Positions 59,620 to 64,000 of a stretch of DNA of 64,000 nucleotides are shown here, one piece after another. The stretch is from Deltaproteobacteria bacterium (GTDB lineage Bacteria; Myxococcota_A; Polyangia; Polyangiales; Houyiibacteriaceae), in NCBI GenBank assembly GCA_034670305.1, contig JAXMNT010000016.1, positions 83,615-147,614 of the forward strand. Direction: 5' to 3'. Position 1 is the first letter of the stretch. Every line of letters begins with the position of its first letter. The notes below the pieces were generated by a model. That model saw only the letters and a program-made list of their open reading frames with translations, was not told the DNA's origin and made no database searches. Position numbers and translations under genes: made by a program.

Positions 59620-61041
59620 CTAGATCGCGAAGTACATTTCGTACTCGAGCGGGGTCGGACGCAGCCGGAACGGGGCCACTTCCTGCTCGCGCTTGTACGA
59701 AACCCACTCCTCGAGCACGTCCTTCGTGAAGACATCGCCCTTGAGCAGGAACTCGTGGTCCTCCTCGAGGCAACGCAGCGACTCTTCGAGGTCGCCGGGG
59801 ACGACCGGCACACCCTTGAGCTCTTCCGGGCTCAACGAGTACAGATCCTTGTCGAACGGGTCGCCCGGATCGATCTTGTTCTGGACCCCGTCCAGACCGG
59901 CCATCATCAGCGCCGTGAACGCCAGGTACGGGTTGCACGAGGGGTCCGGGAAGCGGGCTTCGATCCGCTTGGCCTTGGGCGACTGCGAGTAGGTCGGGAT
60001 GCGGATCGAGGCGGACCGGTTGCGGGAGCTGTAAGCCAAGTTCACCGGCGCTTCGTACCCGGGCACCAGACGGCGGTACGAGTTGATCGTCGGGTTCGTC
60101 AGCGCCGTCAGCGCGCGCGCGTGCTTCAGGATGCCGCCGATGTAGTGAAGCGCCATCTCACTCAGACCCGCGTAGCCGTCGCCGGCGAAGAGCGGCTTGC
60201 CGTCCTTCCAGAGCGACTGGTGCACGTGCATGCCGTTGCCGTTGTCGTGGTAGATGGGCTTCGGCATGAACGTGGCGACCTTGCCAGCCTGCCGAGCGAC
60301 GTTCTTGACCACGTACTTGAACCACATCAGCTGGTCCGACATCGTCAACAGGTCGTCGAAGCGCATGTCGATCTCACACTGACCGGCGGTCGCGACCTCG
60401 TGGTGGCTGACCTCCACTTCGTAGCCGAGCTCGGTCAGGATTTGGCACATGTCGGTGCGCATATCCATGAGCGTGTCGGTCGGCATGACTGGGAAGTAGC
60501 CGCCCTTGTGCGGGATCTTGTAGCCGAGCGGGTTGTCGTCCGAGTCCGTGTTCCAGGCGGCTTCGTCCGAGTCGACCTCGTAGAAGGCGGCGTTCGGCTG
60601 CGAGCCGAAGCGGACCGAGTCGAAGACGAAGAACTCGGCTTCGGGCCCGACGTAGCAGGTGTCGGCGATGCCGGTCTGCTTGAGGTAGGCCTCGCCCTTG
60701 CGCGCGATGTAGCGCGGGTCGCGACCGTAGGGTTCGCGGGTGATCGGGTCGACGATGTCGCACGCCATCACGATCGTCGGGTGCTTCGTGAACGGGTCCA
60801 TCTTGGCCGAGGACGCATCCGGAAGGATGAGCATGTCGCTCGCGTTGATCGGCTGGAACCCCCGAATGGAGGAACCGTCGAAGCCGAAACCGTCTTCGAA
60901 GGCCGACTCGTCCAAGCGGTGCGCCGGGACGCTCGTGTGCTGCCAGACGCCGACGAGATCGATGAAGCGCAGGTCGACCATGACCGCGCCCTTCGCCTTC
61001 GCCAGATCGACTGCGTCCTTGGGTGTTTCGATGTCGCTCAT
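59620..61041 (-). CDS. glnA: Glutamine synthetase type I
   Basis: [42 protein letters not shown], adenylylation-site-like DLY. Confidence 0.98.
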   Translation of the reverse strand: MSDIETPKDAVDLAKAKGAVMVDLRFIDLVGVWQHTSVPAHRLDESAFEDGFGFDGSSIRGFQPINASDMLILPDASSAKMDPFTKHPTIVMACDIVDPITREPYGRDPRYIARKGEAYLKQTGIADTCYVGPEAEFFVFDSVRFGSQPNAAFYEVDSDEAAWNTDSDDNPLGYKIPHKGGYFPVMPTDTLMDMRTDMCQILTELGYEVEVSHHEVATAGQCEIDMRFDDLLTMSDQLMWFKYVVKNVARQAGKVATFMPKPIYHDNGNGMHVHQSLWKDGKPLFAGDGYAGLSEMALHYIGGILKHARALTALTNPTINSYRRLVPGYEAPVNLAYSSRNRSASIRIPTYSQSPKAKRIEARFPDPSCNPYLAFTALMMAGLDGVQNKIDPGDPFDKDLYSLSPEELKGVPVVPGDLEESLRCLEEDHEFLLKGDVFTKDVLEEWVSYKREQEVAPFRLRPTPLEYEMYFAI

Positions 61042-61156
61042 GGATGGGCTCGCTTTCCGGCGCCGGAGCGCCTCGTACTACTTTTCACGCCGCTGGGCGC
61101 TGTGGGGAATGGGGTTCAGTTCGGGGAGGCGCTGGCCTAGGGGGCGCAGCACGGGT

Positions 61157-61853
<697 letters not shown>

Positions 61854-61855
61854 AT

Positions 61856-63511
61856 TTACTCGTCGGGGCGGCGGCGGTTGAGGAAGAACATGAGGGCGGT
61901 GTGGGCGAAGGTGTAGGTCAGGCCTACGCCGAGCAGGACGCTGCCCATCCAGCGCTGTCGAGCGCTGAGCAACATGGCGCCCCCGATCACACAGGAGCCG
62001 ACCACGATGCCGCTGAAGATGCGGCGCCCGATCAGATCCGCCGCGTCGCGGGTGCTCGGATCCCGGGTCTGCACCCGGAACGCGCCCTTGCGAAGGTCTT
62101 CCAGGATCTCCTGGAGTTGCAGCGGGGCTTCCGAGGCCGCGGCGCTCAAGCGCATGATGCCGCGGATGACGTCCTGCGTGATGCGCTCGGGCGAGTAGCG
62201 CTGCTGGATGAGGCGCAGAAAGAAGGGGCGGACCTCTTGGAACACATCGAGTTCCGGGTAGATCTCTTTGCCCACGCCCTCGACCGTCATGAGCGCTTTG
62301 CCCATCATCAGAAACCCGCCGGGCACCTCCACCGAGTAGCGCCGCGCGCCGTCGATGAGATCGCGGAGCAGACCACTGAGCTCGATCTCGCCGAGCTTCT
62401 TGCCGAGGTACTTCTGCGAGAGGATTGCGACCTCTGCTTCGAACGCCTGTCGATCAACCTTCTTGGTCGGTCGCCCGATCGCCCAGAGCGCATCCGCGAT
62501 GCCTCGGTAGTCCTCGCGTACCGCCGCGACCATCAAGTCGATCGTTCGGTCGCGCAGCTGAGGCGTGAGGTGACCGACCAGACCAAGATCGATCATGCCG
62601 ATGATCGGCGCGTCCGGCGTGCCGAGAATGAACACGTTGCCCGGGTGGGGATCGGCGTGGAAGAAGCCGTCTTCGAAGATCTGCTGGATCATCACGTCGA
62701 TCGCGGTCTTCGCGATCTTCTCGCCCGTGAAACCCTGCTCGGCGGCCGCGTCGATCTTCGGCCCGCCGATGAACTCGAGGGTGAGCACCCGCCGGCTGCT
62801 CGCTTGGCGGTAGACCTTCGGGAACTTCACGTAGCGCTTGCGCTCGAAGTTGCGCGCGAACCGTTCGGCGTTGTCCGCCTCCTGGACGTAGTCGAGCTCC
62901 GCGGTGACCGCGCGGTCGAACTCGCCAACCATCTTCACCGGGTTGTAGAGACGCGCTTCAGGAATCGACCGTTCGACCGCATGGGCGAGCCAGTAGAGCA
63001 GGTCGAGGTCGGCCTCCATGGTGCGGCGCACGTGCGGCCGCTGCACTTTGACCACGACGTCCATCGCGCCTTCGTCGGTCTTGAGCTTCGCGCGGTGCAC
63101 CTGTCCGACCGACGCGGACGCGAGCGGGATCTCTTGGAAGTCGTCGAAGATGACGTCGATCGGCGCGCCGAGTTCTTGCTCGATCACCGGCCGAATCTTC
63201 TCGAAGTCCTCGGGCGGCACATCGTCTTGCAGCTTCTTGAGCTCTTCGATGATGTCCGCCGGAATGATGTCCGGCCGGGTGCTCACGATCTGTCCGAGCT
63301 TCACGAAGCTCGGACCGAGATCTTGGAGAACGAGGCGGATCCGTTCACCGACCCGAACTTCGGGCACTTCCTTCTTCTTGCGCCCCGGCACGAGCGACCC
63401 GAGCCCCGTGCGCCGCACCACCTCGCCGAACCCGTGTTTGACGAGCACGCCAACGATCTGACGCAACCGTTCGAGGTCCTTGACGGTGTTGAGAATGCTG
63501 GGCCCGGCCAT
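61856..63511 (-). CDS. AarF/ABC1/UbiB kinase family protein
   Basis: [51 protein letters not shown]. Confidence 0.93.
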   Translation of the reverse strand: MAGPSILNTVKDLERLRQIVGVLVKHGFGEVVRRTGLGSLVPGRKKKEVPEVRVGERIRLVLQDLGPSFVKLGQIVSTRPDIIPADIIEELKKLQDDVPPEDFEKIRPVIEQELGAPIDVIFDDFQEIPLASASVGQVHRAKLKTDEGAMDVVVKVQRPHVRRTMEADLDLLYWLAHAVERSIPEARLYNPVKMVGEFDRAVTAELDYVQEADNAERFARNFERKRYVKFPKVYRQASSRRVLTLEFIGGPKIDAAAEQGFTGEKIAKTAIDVMIQQIFEDGFFHADPHPGNVFILGTPDAPIIGMIDLGLVGHLTPQLRDRTIDLMVAAVREDYRGIADALWAIGRPTKKVDRQAFEAEVAILSQKYLGKKLGEIELSGLLRDLIDGARRYSVEVPGGFLMMGKALMTVEGVGKEIYPELDVFQEVRPFFLRLIQQRYSPERITQDVIRGIMRLSAAASEAPLQLQEILEDLRKGAFRVQTRDPSTRDAADLIGRRIFSGIVVGSCVIGGAMLLSARQRWMGSVLLGVGLTYTFAHTALMFFLNRRRPDE

Positions 63512-63619
63512 CGGCGCGCAGCATACCGTGGCCGACGTCGAAGCGAAGCGGCGATCGGAACCGGGCCTTCCCTGGATCGTTCCGAAGCAGAGTCCGAGGC
63601 CGATGCTGAGGCGGTGCGC

Positions 63620-63916
63620 TGAAGCTGGGTGCTGAAGCTGTCGCTGTCTGGTTCTGAAGCTGTCGCTGGTTCTGAAGCTGTGGCTGGTTCTGAAGCTGTC
63701 GCTGGTTCTGAAGCTGTGGCTGGTTCTGAAGCTGTCGCTGGTTCTGAAGCTGTGGCTGGTTCTGAAGCTGTCGCTGGTTCTGAAGCTGTGGCTGGTTCTG
63801 AAGCTGTCGCTGTCGCTCTCCCTGTCGCTGGTTCTGCAGCTAATTCTGTCGCTGGCTCCGAAGCTGGTTCTGAAGCAGCCTGCCCCTTGCCCCTGCCCTT
63901 GCCTTTGCCCTTGCCC
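63620..63916 (+). repeat. Tandem 18-mer GGTTCTGAAGCTGT(C/G)GCT x9 plus a (TTGCCC)n tract
   Basis: Units at 63650-63811 alternate C/G strictly; TTGCCC-type hexamers at about 63880-63916. Confidence 0.95.
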
Positions 63917-63921
63917 GCGGA

Positions 63922-63999
63922 TCAGCGGTCAGATCGCTTGATCAGCGCGACGAGCATCGCGACGACCTGCTCGAGGTGGGCGAGAGCCCGTTCGATATC
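63922..63999 (-). CDS. C-terminal fragment of a probable second four helix bundle protein (runs off the window end)
   Basis: Hand translation DIERALAHLEQVVAMLVALIKRSDR*; parallels ...YDLADHVCAMLFKLSRG* of 32617-32928. Confidence 0.55.
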   Translation of the reverse strand, partial: DIERALAHLEQVVAMLVALIKRSDR

Positions 64000-64000
64000 G

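Noticed and set aside
63650-63811. Possible CRISPR array
   Set aside because: Head-to-tail units with no unique spacers and no cas genes.

Overview
High-GC bacterial chromosome segment, most consistent with Myxococcota (Polyangia/Sandaracinaceae-like). This is inferred from the eukaryote-like Ser/Thr kinases with a myxobacterial C-terminal domain, Cys-rich lipoproteins and a TSP3-OmpA protein. It is mostly housekeeping: TetR-RND efflux, tyrS, ihfB, metB-like, a partial nuo cluster (A-B-C-D-G-H-I), an AgcS symporter, pepP, proC-minD/J/HTH-maf-yggS, recD2, truD-exbB-exbD-tonB-ompA, psd, glnB-glnA and a ubiB-like gene. No rRNA, tRNA, CRISPR array or transposase was recognised. The most striking unexplained structure is about 14 intergenic tracts of degenerate hexamer repeats (mainly TCGGCT/TCGGCG/TCCGCT, plus a CTGCCG class), with one more tract inside a CDS. 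Two of the tracts sit directly at the 3' ends of four-helix-bundle (TIGR02436/Avd-like) genes; the second of those genes is only partly visible at the window end. Also notable: branched DNA elements built from GNA-triloop mini-hairpins, a ComEA-like HhH insert in the AgcS transporter, a 20-Cys mirror-symmetric hairpin lipoprotein, a transglutaminase-elicitor-like lipoprotein and an 11-bp-periodic GlnR-like box upstream of glnB-glnA. All family calls come from motif recognition by eye, not database searches.
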